Positions 23,243-32,374 of a stretch of 39,722 nucleotides of DNA are shown piece after piece (position 1 is the first letter of the stretch; every line of letters starts with the position of its first letter). The notes beneath the pieces are model-generated. The model was not told the origin of the DNA. It made no database searches and worked only from the letters and a program-made list of their open reading frames with translations. The translations under genes and the position numbers were made by a program. Origin of the DNA: Patescibacteria group bacterium (lineage in GTDB: Bacteria; Patescibacteriota; Doudnabacteria; UBA920); contig JAGWQI010000001.1 of NCBI GenBank assembly GCA_028870105.1, positions 1 through 39,722 on the forward strand, written 5' to 3'.

Positions 23243-25888
23243 ATGCAAATCAAAGAAAATCTGCAAGCCAGAAAAGTTAACGCACTCTCCGAGCTCGGGG
23301 AAAAAATTTTTTTGGACCGTTACGCGGTGAAAGACGTCAAGCGCGAAACTTTGGCGGTGGGCGATACCGTGGTGGTGTTAGTGAACCCCAAGACCGGCCA
23401 GCGCGAAATCGGCATTATTGAAACGTTAGACTTGGATAAAAAAGAGGTGCATGTGAAAATGCGCGACGGGCAAATCGAGACGCGCGCCGTTGAGCACGTA
23501 GACAAACCGCTGGAGACCGTGCCGGAGCAGATGTTCGAGCGCATCGCGCGGCATATTGCCAGCATCGAAAAAACCGCGCCCAAGCAAAAGGAGTGGGAAG
23601 AAAAATTTCGTACTTTAATGAACGACTGGAAGTACGTGCCGGCGGGCCGGATTTTTACCGGCGCGGGCACGGGCCAAAATCTGACGTTTTATAATTGCTA
23701 CGTGATTCCTTCGCCCAAGGACAGCCGGCAGGGGATTTTTGACACCTTAAGCCAGATGGCTGAAATCATGAGTCGCGGCGGCGGGGTGGGAATTAACGTT
23801 TCTTCTTTGCGCCCGCGTTATTCGTACGTGAAAGGCGTCAACGGCCGCAGCAGCGGCAGTGTATCGTGGGCCTCGCTGTATAGTTTTGTCACGGGGCTAA
23901 TTGAACAGGGCGGCAGTCGTCGCGGCGCGTTGATGCTGATTTTAAACGTTTGGCATCCGGACGTGATTGATTTTATTAATTCCAAAAAGGAAGCGGGTAA
24001 AATTACCAACGCCAATATTTCGGTTGGCATTACCGATGATTTTATGCAGGCCGTCAAGAACGACGAGCCATGGGATTTGGTGTTCCCGGACCCGAGCGAT
24101 CCCAAATACGACAAGGACTGGGACGGTAACATGCAGAAGTGGAAAGCGTTGGGCGGCAAGTTGGTTAAGCACAAAACCGTGCGCGCCCAGGATGTCTGGA
24201 CCAACATTATTGAATCGGCTTGGTCTTCCGCTGAGCCAGGCATGTATTTTATTGACCACGCTAATTATTTAAGTAACTCCTGGTATTATGCCGACTTGCC
24301 GTGCACTAACCCCTGCGGCGAGCAGCCGCTGCCGGCTTGGGGCGTGTGCAACCTCGGCCATATTAATTTAGCCAAACACGTTAACAAACAGACCGGGGAA
24401 GTGCTGTGGAATGAGCTGAAGACTACGGTGCAACACGCGGTGCGTTTTCAGGATAACGTTATTGACGCCACACCGTATTTTTTTGAGGAAAACCGCGGAC
24501 AGCAAATGAGCGAGCGCCGCGTGGGCATGGGTACCATTGGCCTGGCGGAGATGCTAATTCACTTGGGCTTGCGCTACGGCAGCCAGGAAGCGGTGGAGTT
24601 TATAGACAAGCTGTACCAGTTTATTGCCGTGACGGCTTACGAAACGTCGGTGGAATTGGCGCGCGAAAAGGGTGCGTTTGACAAGTTTAACGCCGAGAAG
24701 TTTTTGCAGAGCGGTTATATGAAGCAGATGCCGAATTATATTCGAGATTTGGTGGCCAAGTACGGCGTTCGCAACGTGACTATCTTAACGCAAGCCCCGA
24801 CCGGCACCGTGGGGACCATGGTCGGCACTTCCACGGGCATTGAGCCTTTCTTTTCCTGGACGTATTTTCGCAAGAGCCGCTTGGGTGTGCACGAGGAAAA
24901 AATTAGGCTGGCGCAGGATTGGGTCGACGCTCATCCCGGCCGGGATTTGCCGGAGCACTTTGTCACGGCCATGGAGCTGGCGCCGGAGGATCATGTGCGC
25001 GTGCAAGCCGCGGTGCAGCGCTGGACGGACTCGGCAATTAGCAAGACCGTGAACGCACCGCAAGATTATACGGTGGAACAAACCAAACAGCTTTACACCC
25101 TAATGTATGACTTAGGTTGCAAAGGCGGCACGATTTATCGCGACGGCAGCCGAGACGAGCAGATTTTGGCCACGGATCATAAAAAGTTGGGTAAAGACGT
25201 GACCGAACAAATCGAGGGTAAATTAGCCGCTGTTAAGGCTGAGCAGCCTAAAGAGGTCATGTCGGTGTCTGGCGACAGCGTGCGCATTAAGTTGGCTCCG
25301 CGCACCCGTCCGGATTTGATGAAAGGTATTACTTATAAGATGAACACGGCCTACGGTAATTTGTATGTGACCGTCAACGAGGACGAACAAGGGCCGTTTG
25401 AAGTATTCGCGGCCATGGGCAAGGCCGGCGGATTCTTTAGCGCCCAAACCGAGGCCATTACTCGCATGATTTCTTTGGCGTTGCGTTCGAACGTGGCGGT
25501 GGAAGAAATTATTGAACAACTTAAGGGGATTCGCGGACCGGATGTTTCGTTTTCTGACGGCGGCGTGGTATTCAGTTTGCCGGACGCCATTGCCAAAATT
25601 TTGGAAAAACACATCAAGCGCGCGGAAAAGCAATTAACGCTAGATCTGCCGCCGGCGAAATCAGACGTGACGGCCGAGGCGGTGCTTAAAGTCGAAGACG
25701 AGATTACTGAAAAGGTTATTGTGGAAGAAAAGATCAAGGCCAATGGGCACTTAACTTATAAAAAGGCGCAAAAAATTTCCATTGCTAATTTGGGCAACGC
25801 TCCGGTCTGTCCTTCTTGCGCTAACATGATGGTATTGGCCGAAGGCTGCATGAAGTGCGAGCACTGCGGGTATAGCAAGTGCGGATAA
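23243..25888 (+). CDS. nrdJ: Class II (adenosylcobalamin-dependent) ribonucleotide reductase
   Basis: 881 aa with TNPCGEQPLPAWGVCNLGHINL (active-site Cys/Glu loop), SKTVNAP and a C-terminal Cys cluster CPSC...CMKCEHCGYSKCG. Confidence 0.95.
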   Translation: MQIKENLQARKVNALSELGEKIFLDRYAVKDVKRETLAVGDTVVVLVNPKTGQREIGIIETLDLDKKEVHVKMRDGQIETRAVEHVDKPLETVPEQMFERIARHIASIEKTAPKQKEWEEKFRTLMNDWKYVPAGRIFTGAGTGQNLTFYNCYVIPSPKDSRQGIFDTLSQMAEIMSRGGGVGINVSSLRPRYSYVKGVNGRSSGSVSWASLYSFVTGLIEQGGSRRGALMLILNVWHPDVIDFINSKKEAGKITNANISVGITDDFMQAVKNDEPWDLVFPDPSDPKYDKDWDGNMQKWKALGGKLVKHKTVRAQDVWTNIIESAWSSAEPGMYFIDHANYLSNSWYYADLPCTNPCGEQPLPAWGVCNLGHINLAKHVNKQTGEVLWNELKTTVQHAVRFQDNVIDATPYFFEENRGQQMSERRVGMGTIGLAEMLIHLGLRYGSQEAVEFIDKLYQFIAVTAYETSVELAREKGAFDKFNAEKFLQSGYMKQMPNYIRDLVAKYGVRNVTILTQAPTGTVGTMVGTSTGIEPFFSWTYFRKSRLGVHEEKIRLAQDWVDAHPGRDLPEHFVTAMELAPEDHVRVQAAVQRWTDSAISKTVNAPQDYTVEQTKQLYTLMYDLGCKGGTIYRDGSRDEQILATDHKKLGKDVTEQIEGKLAAVKAEQPKEVMSVSGDSVRIKLAPRTRPDLMKGITYKMNTAYGNLYVTVNEDEQGPFEVFAAMGKAGGFFSAQTEAITRMISLALRSNVAVEEIIEQLKGIRGPDVSFSDGGVVFSLPDAIAKILEKHIKRAEKQLTLDLPPAKSDVTAEAVLKVEDEITEKVIVEEKIKANGHLTYKKAQKISIANLGNAPVCPSCANMMVLAEGCMKCEHCGYSKCG

Positions 25889-25920
25889 AATTTGAGGGCA
25901 AACTTGCTATTTTAGAAAAT

Positions 25921-25946
25921 GCGGGCGGCGGAATTCCGCCGCCTGC
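25921..25946. terminator. GC-rich 11-bp hairpin after nrdJ (weak T tract on either strand)
   Basis: GCGGGCGGCGG-AATT-CCGCCGCCTGC. Confidence 0.45.
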
Positions 25947-25950
25947 TTGA

Positions 25951-25992
25951 TAAAAAATAAAAAGCCGTCGGGTGGGTGCGATTCCCGGCGGC
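25951..25992 (-). terminator. Rho-independent terminator of the small minus-strand membrane gene
   Basis: The minus strand reads GCCGCCGGG-loop-CCCGACGGC followed by TTTTTATTTTTT. Confidence 0.6.
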
Positions 25993-26021
25993 CTCGCGGC
26001 AAGTCTGGGAGAAGGCAGGCT

Positions 26022-26210
26022 TTAGTTGGTCATTCGCCGGCGGAAAGTGATAATCGGTAGGGCAATAAAGAAAACAATGCCCACCACCACCGGACCGATT
26101 ACTGGGTGAAGGAAAAACCCGACCATGCCCACGCCGAATGCTAGCAGCGGGTAGCCGAATTTGAACTCGGCGTGCGATGTTCCGAAGAACCATTTCCAAA
26201 CTTTGATCAC
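26022..26210 (-). CDS. Small (62 aa) two-TM membrane protein
   Basis: AGGAGG lies 6 nt upstream of the GTG start. Two hydrophobic helices (YPLLAFGVGMVGFFL, VVVGIVFFIALPII). It has its own terminator. Confidence 0.65.
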   Translation of the reverse strand: MIKVWKWFFGTSHAEFKFGYPLLAFGVGMVGFFLHPVIGPVVVGIVFFIALPIITFRRRMTN

Positions 26211-26247
26211 TGAACGCCTCCTGTTTACTCAAAGTGATTATAACAAA

Positions 26248-26874
26248 ATGAAAAGCAAACCGAAACTTAAAATGCCTAAAGAGTTTTCCGACCAGCCCAA
26301 AGGTTTGGTGATTTGCTATATTGGCGACGGCAAAGGTAAAACCACGGCGGCCATGGGCATGGCCGCGCGCGCCGCCGGCGACGGCAAGAACGTGTTTGTT
26401 TTGCAGTTTGTTAAAGCTAAAGCGCAATCGGACGAACAGAAAAAAGAGGGTGAGTGGCCGGTCTCCAGCGAAATTAATTTTTTTAATAATATTAGTTATC
26501 CGTCGACGATCGGCACTATTGAAAACGAGCAAGTCGGCTTGGGCTTCGTGGGTATTTTGGGCGACAAAAAAGAAAAGGAACAGCACATTCGTCAAGCCAT
26601 TTATGGCCTGCAGCGCGCCCGCGAAATTATTGCCTCAGGCAAGTATCAATTGGTCGTGCTGGACGAAATTATTTCCGCCCTGGAAGTCGGGCTTATAGAA
26701 GAGCGCGATATTATTGACGTGATTCAGGCCAAGCCGGAGCTGCTGCATTTAGTGATTACCGGACATAATAAGTACCCGAATATTTTAAAGCTGTGCGATT
26801 TAGTGACGGAGATGAAAATGTTGCAGCATCCGTATTACAAAGGGATACTCGCACAGCGGGGGATCGATTATTAA
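26248..26874 (+). CDS. cobO: Cob(I)alamin/cob(I)yrinic acid a,c-diamide adenosyltransferase (CobA/CobO/BtuR type)
   Basis: GDGKGKTTAAMGMAARAAGDGKNVFVLQFVK P-loop region, VVLDEI, and VITGHN...DLVTEMKMLQHPYYKGILAQRGIDY. The start is taken at ATG 26248 (MKSKPK). Confidence 0.88.
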   Translation: MKSKPKLKMPKEFSDQPKGLVICYIGDGKGKTTAAMGMAARAAGDGKNVFVLQFVKAKAQSDEQKKEGEWPVSSEINFFNNISYPSTIGTIENEQVGLGFVGILGDKKEKEQHIRQAIYGLQRAREIIASGKYQLVVLDEIISALEVGLIEERDIIDVIQAKPELLHLVITGHNKYPNILKLCDLVTEMKMLQHPYYKGILAQRGIDY

Positions 26875-26930
26875 TAATAAGTAGGAAGCAGGGCTTGATA
26901 CTTGTTGTTTGATACGATATAATTTTAACT

Positions 26931-27416
26931 ATGAAAAAATATTTCAAAATTTTATTTCCGGCATTCGCGGTGCTTTTATTGGCTGCGGGGTGTAATAAAA
27001 CCCAACCGCAAGACCGGCCGGCGCCATTGACCACTGCGGCGCAAGCTCCGGCGGAGCGTCCGGTTGGCCAAATGCAAACCAGGCAAAACGCGGGTAAGCC
27101 CGATTACACGCCCGGCTTCGTGATTGTCAGTGACACGGTTGAGGGTTCAAATTTAAACCACCAATACGACAAAGTTAAAGAGGGGACCACGGCGTTTGAC
27201 CTTCTGGACAGTACCCACAAGGTGACGGCGAAAGATTACGGAGCCGGGATGGGTAAGATGGTTTTGTCTATAGACGGAACTACGCCGGACAGCCAACATT
27301 ATTGGGGATTTTATGTTAACGGCAAGTCCAGCAACGTCGGCGCGTCAGCATATGCTTTAAAAGACGGTGACAAGGTTGAGTGGAAACTGGAAGCGATTAG
27401 TAACTACAAGGAATAA
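26931..27416 (+). CDS. DUF4430-family lipoprotein (transcobalamin-like beta domain; putative surface B12 binder)
   Basis: Lipobox LLAAGC. The C-terminus HYWGFYVNGKSSNVGASAYALKDGDKVEWKL matches the DUF4430 pattern W.y.VNG...ga..y.lkdGD.i.W. Confidence 0.85.
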   Translation: MKKYFKILFPAFAVLLLAAGCNKTQPQDRPAPLTTAAQAPAERPVGQMQTRQNAGKPDYTPGFVIVSDTVEGSNLNHQYDKVKEGTTAFDLLDSTHKVTAKDYGAGMGKMVLSIDGTTPDSQHYWGFYVNGKSSNVGASAYALKDGDKVEWKLEAISNYKE

Positions 27417-27483
27417 TTCTTAACAACTTATTTCAACATATTTTTAGGTAGTTCATTTTTTATATTTGAAATACAATAAAAAT

Positions 27484-28029
27484 ATGCGAAAATATAGTGG
27501 AAATAGATTGTCTTGGGTTATGATATTATATTTTATTATATTGCTAGCGGTTGTCGCCCGTTTTATCCCCCATATGCCAAATTTTGCGCCAGTCACGGCT
27601 TTGGCGATTTTTTCCGCGGCCACGCTCGGCTGGAAAAAATCAGTTGGCATTACGCTGGCCGCGCGGTTTGTTTCCGATTTATATTTGGGATTTTTTGCCT
27701 GGCCGCTCATGGTCGCGGTATACGCCTCACATCTGGTGGGGGTATTGTTTGGGCTATGGATTAAGAAGGCCGATAATCATCGCTGGCTGAAAATCATTGG
27801 CTCTTCGCTCGGCGCGTCGATGATCTTTTTTGCGGTGACGAACTTCGCGTTTTTCTACGGGACTTACACCCATGATTTAGTCGGCATTGTCCAGGCTTAC
27901 AGCAACGGGCTGCCGTTCTTGCGCGGCACGATGTTGGGAGATCTTGGCTATACCGTCGCTTTGTTCGGTGCCTATCAAGCTGCTCAAATTTTGGCGCGGT
28001 CTAGGTCCGCAGCGGTGTTGACTGTTTAG
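27484..28029 (+). CDS. Polytopic membrane protein, putative ECF-S-component-like vitamin transporter (DUF6580-like)
   Basis: About 6 TM segments. The ARFIPHMPNFAPVTALAIF motif is one I associate with DUF6580 putative transport proteins. Its position after cobO and DUF4430 suggests a corrinoid substrate. ATG at 27484 is preferred to TTG at 27466. Confidence 0.7.
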   Translation: MRKYSGNRLSWVMILYFIILLAVVARFIPHMPNFAPVTALAIFSAATLGWKKSVGITLAARFVSDLYLGFFAWPLMVAVYASHLVGVLFGLWIKKADNHRWLKIIGSSLGASMIFFAVTNFAFFYGTYTHDLVGIVQAYSNGLPFLRGTMLGDLGYTVALFGAYQAAQILARSRSAAVLTV

Positions 28030-28031
28030 TC

Positions 28032-28062
28032 AAAAAAATCCCCCGTCGAACGGGGGATTTTA
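28032..28062 (+). terminator. Rho-independent terminator
   Basis: A7-ATCCCCCG-TCGAA-CGGGGGAT-TTTT. Confidence 0.8.
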
Positions 28063-28190
28063 AATGTCAAATTAGTTAAGGCGCGCGGCTTTTAGTGGCG
28101 CTGCCATAGGCGGCGCTGGCAACAGCCGTGAAAATTAAGACTTTTTAAGCGTAAGTTGTAGAATTTGGTTTTTTGCTGTAGATTTTGACT

Positions 28191-28412
28191 ATGCGCATCA
28201 CCGTATTAGTCCACCCCAACGCCAAACAGCCCCGCGTGGAGAAAGACCTGCTGGGCGGTTTGCATGTTTACGTCGGCGCGCCGCCGCTGGACGGCCGCGC
28301 CAACGAGGCGGTCATTAATTCCTTGGCCAATTATTTTAGGGTTAAAAAATATCAAATAAAATTAATTAGAGGCCACAAGTCCAAACTCAAGATTTTTGAG
28401 ATTGCCGACTAA
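28191..28412 (+). CDS. DUF167 (YggU) family protein
   Basis: MRITVLVHPNAKQPRV...APPLDGRANEAVINSLANYF...IRGHKSKLKIFEI. Confidence 0.8.
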   Translation: MRITVLVHPNAKQPRVEKDLLGGLHVYVGAPPLDGRANEAVINSLANYFRVKKYQIKLIRGHKSKLKIFEIAD

Positions 28413-29850
28413 AAGCCAAATTTTTATGGGACTGGCCGCGAGTTTTGCGGCCGGCATTGGGCTGTCGTCGGCTTTTGGGTTGGATCAACGGATTGCGCTG
28501 CTAGTTTTGGCGGCGGGCGCGGCGCTATTTGCGGTGAGTTTTAGTCAGCCGCTCGGGGGCGCGGCGCTGTTGGGCTTATATCTCTGCGCTTTGGCAGTCG
28601 GGGCGTTGCGGCTGCAGGCGTCGGTGCAAGCTAACCAATACGAGCGGCTCTTTGGCAATAAGCAGCAGCTAGAGGGTTTTATTGTGGAAGATGTCGACGT
28701 GCGGCAGAATTATCAATTTTTGACCATCCAGCCTCGGGGTTTTGGCCAAAGAATACTGGTTAGCGCTTCACTAAACCAAAAGTTTTTTTATGGCGATTGG
28801 GTTTTGCTTAACGGCAAAGTCCAGCAGCCGGAAAATTTTGACGACTTTGATTATCAAAAATATTTGGAGCGCTACAATGTTTACGCGGTCATGAAGTACC
28901 CGCAGATTTTGACCTTAAAGAGCCATCGGCAAAATGTGGTGAAGGAGTGGCTGCTTAATGTTAAGTGGGCGTTCACGCGGCGCGTTGATCGGCTATTGCC
29001 GGAACCGCAGAGCAGCCTTTTGATGGGTATTTTAATTGGCGCGCGCAAAACCCTACCGGCCAATATCGTGGATAATTTTAACGCCACCGGCACCTCTCAT
29101 ATTATTGCGGTTTCGGGTTATAATATTACGATTATTGTTTCTAATTTGGCGTTTTTGGCTTACTACCTTGGGCGCCGGTGGCGGTTTTGGGTGGTGTTAC
29201 TGGTTATAGTCGGTTTTGTAATTATTTCCGGCGCCAGCGCTTCCGTGGCGCGCGCCGCCATTATGGGCGGTTTAGCCGCGCTGGCAACGCTGTGGTGGCG
29301 GCAGTATGCCGCCGGCCCGGCGGTGTTCGCGGCCGCTGCTTTGATGTTAGCTGTTAATCCACGCTTGCTTTATTGGGACGCTAGTTTTCAGTTGTCGTTT
29401 TTGGCCACGGTCGGTATTATTTATTTTATGCCGGTGCTTGACCGGTTAACCGCGCATTGGCCGGACATATTTGGGATTAAAACTGTTTTGCTCACCACTT
29501 TTGCCGCCATGGCCTCGACTTTGCCGATTATTTTGTTTACTTTCGGCCGGTTGAGCGCCGTGGCGCCACTGGCGAATGTTTTAATTATTCCGTTCGTGCC
29601 ACTGGTCATGTTATTAGGATTTTTGACGGTTGTGCCATGGCTGGGCGCTGGTTTTGCCTTTGCCGCCAAAATTTTGTTGGACTACATTTTGCGGGTCACG
29701 GCCGCGCTAGCGGTTGTGCCTTATGGCAATTTTAACGTGAAAATTTCCGCGGCCATGTGCGTTTGCCTCTCGCTGCTGATTTTGGCCGGCTATGGCTATT
29801 TGCGCCGCCGGGCCGTTAGGGTTGCGGTTGATGAAAGTCTAAAAATCTGA
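28396..29850 (+). CDS. comEC: ComEC/Rec2 competence channel (DUF4131 plus Competence domain only; no metallo-beta-lactamase domain)
   Basis: GTSHIIAVSGYNITII signature and many TM helices. An alternative start at ATG 28426 would remove the 17-nt overlap with DUF167. Confidence 0.88.
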   Translation: MRLPTKSQIFMGLAASFAAGIGLSSAFGLDQRIALLVLAAGAALFAVSFSQPLGGAALLGLYLCALAVGALRLQASVQANQYERLFGNKQQLEGFIVEDVDVRQNYQFLTIQPRGFGQRILVSASLNQKFFYGDWVLLNGKVQQPENFDDFDYQKYLERYNVYAVMKYPQILTLKSHRQNVVKEWLLNVKWAFTRRVDRLLPEPQSSLLMGILIGARKTLPANIVDNFNATGTSHIIAVSGYNITIIVSNLAFLAYYLGRRWRFWVVLLVIVGFVIISGASASVARAAIMGGLAALATLWWRQYAAGPAVFAAAALMLAVNPRLLYWDASFQLSFLATVGIIYFMPVLDRLTAHWPDIFGIKTVLLTTFAAMASTLPIILFTFGRLSAVAPLANVLIIPFVPLVMLLGFLTVVPWLGAGFAFAAKILLDYILRVTAALAVVPYGNFNVKISAAMCVCLSLLILAGYGYLRRRAVRVAVDESLKI

Positions 29851-29883
29851 TACGATAATCTGGAATTAAATAAGGAAGGAACT

Positions 29884-30642
29884 ATGTCCAATCGAACTTT
29901 AGCCATTAGTATTTTGTCAGTCCTATTATTATTTATTGTGATTGTGGGCGCGGTGCGCATTTATCGCGGCAGCCAGGAAACCTCTCCGGCTGACGACCAA
30001 ACGGCGCAGCAAACCCCCCCGGTCGCCGATAATCAGCAGTCCCAGCCGACCCCCGAGCAGGCTTCAAGCACGCCAACTACCGCATCTTGCCAGCGCGATT
30101 TCAATGGCGCCGAGCTGGGTAAGAACGCCAACATGAGTATTGCCAACCGCCAGGCGACCATTAACGTTGCCGGCCTTGGCGACATTAAGCTGGAGTTTTA
30201 TGATAAGGATGCGCCAAAGGCCGTGGAGAATTTTTTGCGGTTGGCTGATGCCGGTTATTATGATTGTTTAACCTTCCACCGGGTGGCCAAAGGTTTTGTC
30301 GTACAGGGCGGGGATCCTAACGGCAACGGGAGCGGCGGGCAGAGCGCGTTTGGCCAGCCTTTTGCCGACGAATTAAATCCGGACACGCCGAGCTATAAAG
30401 CCGGCTACGTTAAAGGCGTGCTGGCGATGGCCAACAGCGGCCCTAACACTAACGGCAGCCAGTTCTTTATTATGCTGGCCGATAACGATTTGCCTCACAA
30501 CTATACAATCTTCGGCAAAGTCATTGCCGGTCAAGACGTGGTTGATAAGATTGGCCAAGTGGACATTACGCCGGTTATGGGCCCGCAAGATGGCAGTCCG
30601 GTGACGCCGGTTGTGATGCAAAGCGTGAAAATTACAAAATAA
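29884..30642 (+). CDS. Cyclophilin-type peptidyl-prolyl cis-trans isomerase with N-terminal membrane anchor
   Basis: FHRVAKGFVVQGGDPNGNGSGGQS, GVLAMANSGPNTNGSQFFI and IFGKV. Confidence 0.93.
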   Translation: MSNRTLAISILSVLLLFIVIVGAVRIYRGSQETSPADDQTAQQTPPVADNQQSQPTPEQASSTPTTASCQRDFNGAELGKNANMSIANRQATINVAGLGDIKLEFYDKDAPKAVENFLRLADAGYYDCLTFHRVAKGFVVQGGDPNGNGSGGQSAFGQPFADELNPDTPSYKAGYVKGVLAMANSGPNTNGSQFFIMLADNDLPHNYTIFGKVIAGQDVVDKIGQVDITPVMGPQDGSPVTPVVMQSVKITK

Positions 30643-30715
30643 TAGTTGAGGGTCGGATTGGCACAGATGCATAGGCATCCTGCACACAGCGGAAATAATC
30701 AGTAATTACGAACTC

Positions 30716-31315
30716 ATGGAAAACCATATTAAGATTAAGCAAGAAAAAACTTTAGTGCTCGTTAAGCCCGATGGCGTGAAACGCGGGTTGGTCGGCGAGG
30801 TTATTTCGCGCATCGAACGCCGCGGCTTAAAGGTGGTCGCGCTCAAGATGGTACAGGTCGGAGAGGAGCATATTCAGAACCATTTGCCCAAGAGCGATGA
30901 GTGGATCGAGCGGCTGGGCAAAAAGACCTTAAAGACATTCGAGGAATATGGCATTGATCCGATCAAGGCCCAGGGCACGGCTGAACCAAAAGAGATCGGC
31001 CGTATGGTCAAGCAGTCGTTGGTGAAATACCTCACGGAAGGCCCGGTTGTGGCTATGGTGGTGCAGGGTATCCACGCCATTGATATGGTCAGAAAGTTGG
31101 CGGGCAACACTTTGCCGGTGTTCGCGGAAATGGGTACGATTCGCGGGGATTATTCGGTGGATTCGCCGTCTGTTGCAAATATTGAGCGTCGCGCCATCCG
31201 CAACATTATGCACGCCTCTGAAACGACGGAAGAGGCCAATAACGAGATTAACTTGTGGTTCGCGCCCGGCGAGATTCACACTTACAAACGCGCGGAAGAA
31301 GACACGATGTTTTAA
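30716..31315 (+). CDS. ndk: Nucleoside diphosphate kinase, long form with an insertion of roughly 45 aa
   Basis: LVLVKPDGVKRGLVGEVISRIERRGLKVVALK, RGDYSV, and NIMHASE (catalytic His). Confidence 0.92.
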   Translation: MENHIKIKQEKTLVLVKPDGVKRGLVGEVISRIERRGLKVVALKMVQVGEEHIQNHLPKSDEWIERLGKKTLKTFEEYGIDPIKAQGTAEPKEIGRMVKQSLVKYLTEGPVVAMVVQGIHAIDMVRKLAGNTLPVFAEMGTIRGDYSVDSPSVANIERRAIRNIMHASETTEEANNEINLWFAPGEIHTYKRAEEDTMF

Positions 31316-31380
31316 AACATTTAAGAAGGATAACCTTGTCGGTTTGCCTCCTTAAGACCCAACTTTTTTCCAAGAATTTT

Positions 31381-31420
31381 GGCGGCACGGAATAAATCCG
31401 TTGCCGCCATTATTTTATAT
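31381..31420 (+). terminator. Rho-independent terminator after ndk
   Basis: GGCGGCACGGA-ATAAA-TCCGTTGCCGCC followed by ATTATTTTATATTTT. Confidence 0.7.
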
Positions 31421-31684
31421 TTTAAAATCTGGATAGGACATACCCACGCGGATAGCAGCGCGGTTTTTAAGCCGGCGTAGGGGAGAGTATGGCATTTTGA
31501 CCTTGTTTAAGGCACCCGCCTTTTTCCGTTGCAGCGTGCCGATTGCGTTAAGGTCAGTTGCGAACGAACACCTTAACCTAAAGCTGAGGTGTTCGTGTTA
31601 AAGGACCTGAGTTGCCATTTGGCGTTTGATGGCGTGGAGGTATTTTTCGGACGAGTAGGGCGCTGATTTATCGACCACTGGGGT

Positions 31685-31713
31685 TTGACATTTTTAGAAA
31701 TTGGGCCTACTAT
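31685..31713 (+). promoter_or_regulatory. Promoter TTGACA-17-TACTAT
   Basis: TTGACA at 31685..31690 and TACTAT at 31708..31713. Confidence 0.6.
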
Positions 31714-31745
31714 TTAAGTTAGAAAAAAATTTAATTAGGCAAACT

Positions 31746-32300
31746 ATGAATAAAATTTTATTGGCATCTGCCGTGACTTTGCTTTTAGCGGCTGGCTGCA
31801 ATCAGTCCGTCGCTCCGCAAGCAACTTCCCGGCAAGGCCAGCCAACCGAGCAAACGCAAACCGAGCCGACCAATCCGCCAATGGCTCAAAATCAAAACCT
31901 CTCCAACATCCCAGCCAATATCAACCCTTCCAATAATGATGCAGCGGCGGGCAAGTACGTGAATAATATGTATCATTTCCAAATGGACTTGGACAGCTCT
32001 TGGAAAGGCTATAAGGTGGTTACCAGCACCAATAACGTAGGAGTGGCCACAGTTGAGTTTAAAATGCCTTATAAAGATGCTCATTACGGCAACGGTTCGG
32101 GCCTTGTGACCGCGCTGTATATTATGGTCTACCCCCAGCGTGAATGGACGTACGAGCTTAGTCAAGACGTGCCGCATCCGCAAATACTGAAAGACACCGG
32201 CACCACAGTCTATGCTTATAGCACCTGGCAGGCCGGGCCAAATGACTTGTTAAGCTTAAATATTCAAGGTGCGATAAAATCATTCGAAGTTATCAAGTAA
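31746..32300 (+). CDS. Hypothetical lipoprotein
   Basis: MNKILLASAVTLLLAAGCNQS (lipobox), then a Gln/Pro/Asn-rich linker and a globular C-terminus. The track start at 31701 lies inside the promoter. Confidence 0.7.
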   Translation: MNKILLASAVTLLLAAGCNQSVAPQATSRQGQPTEQTQTEPTNPPMAQNQNLSNIPANINPSNNDAAAGKYVNNMYHFQMDLDSSWKGYKVVTSTNNVGVATVEFKMPYKDAHYGNGSGLVTALYIMVYPQREWTYELSQDVPHPQILKDTGTTVYAYSTWQAGPNDLLSLNIQGAIKSFEVIK

Positions 32301-32314
32301 GCGGAAGTTTAAAT

Positions 32315-32344
32315 AAAGGCTCAACTAGGGTTGAGCCTTTTAAA
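32315..32344. terminator. Bidirectional terminator between the convergent lipoprotein and relA/spoT genes
   Basis: AAAGGCTCAAC-TAGG-GTTGAGCCTTT, with T-rich tracts on both strands. Confidence 0.75.
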
Positions 32345-32374
32345 ATTGCGATGGTATTGTTTTTTGGCTGGCCG

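Noticed and set aside
26238-26250. Leaderless cobO from a TATAAC -10-like hexamer
   Set aside because: The hexamer ends only 3 nt before the ATG, which is too close for a TSS at or before the start codon. There is no matching -35 or correctly spaced TG.
25912-26595. 227-aa minus-strand ORF
   Set aside because: It overlaps the well-supported cobO gene on the opposite strand and reads through two terminator hairpins. Only the separate-frame 62-aa ORF (26022-26210), with AGGAGG and TM helices, looks real.
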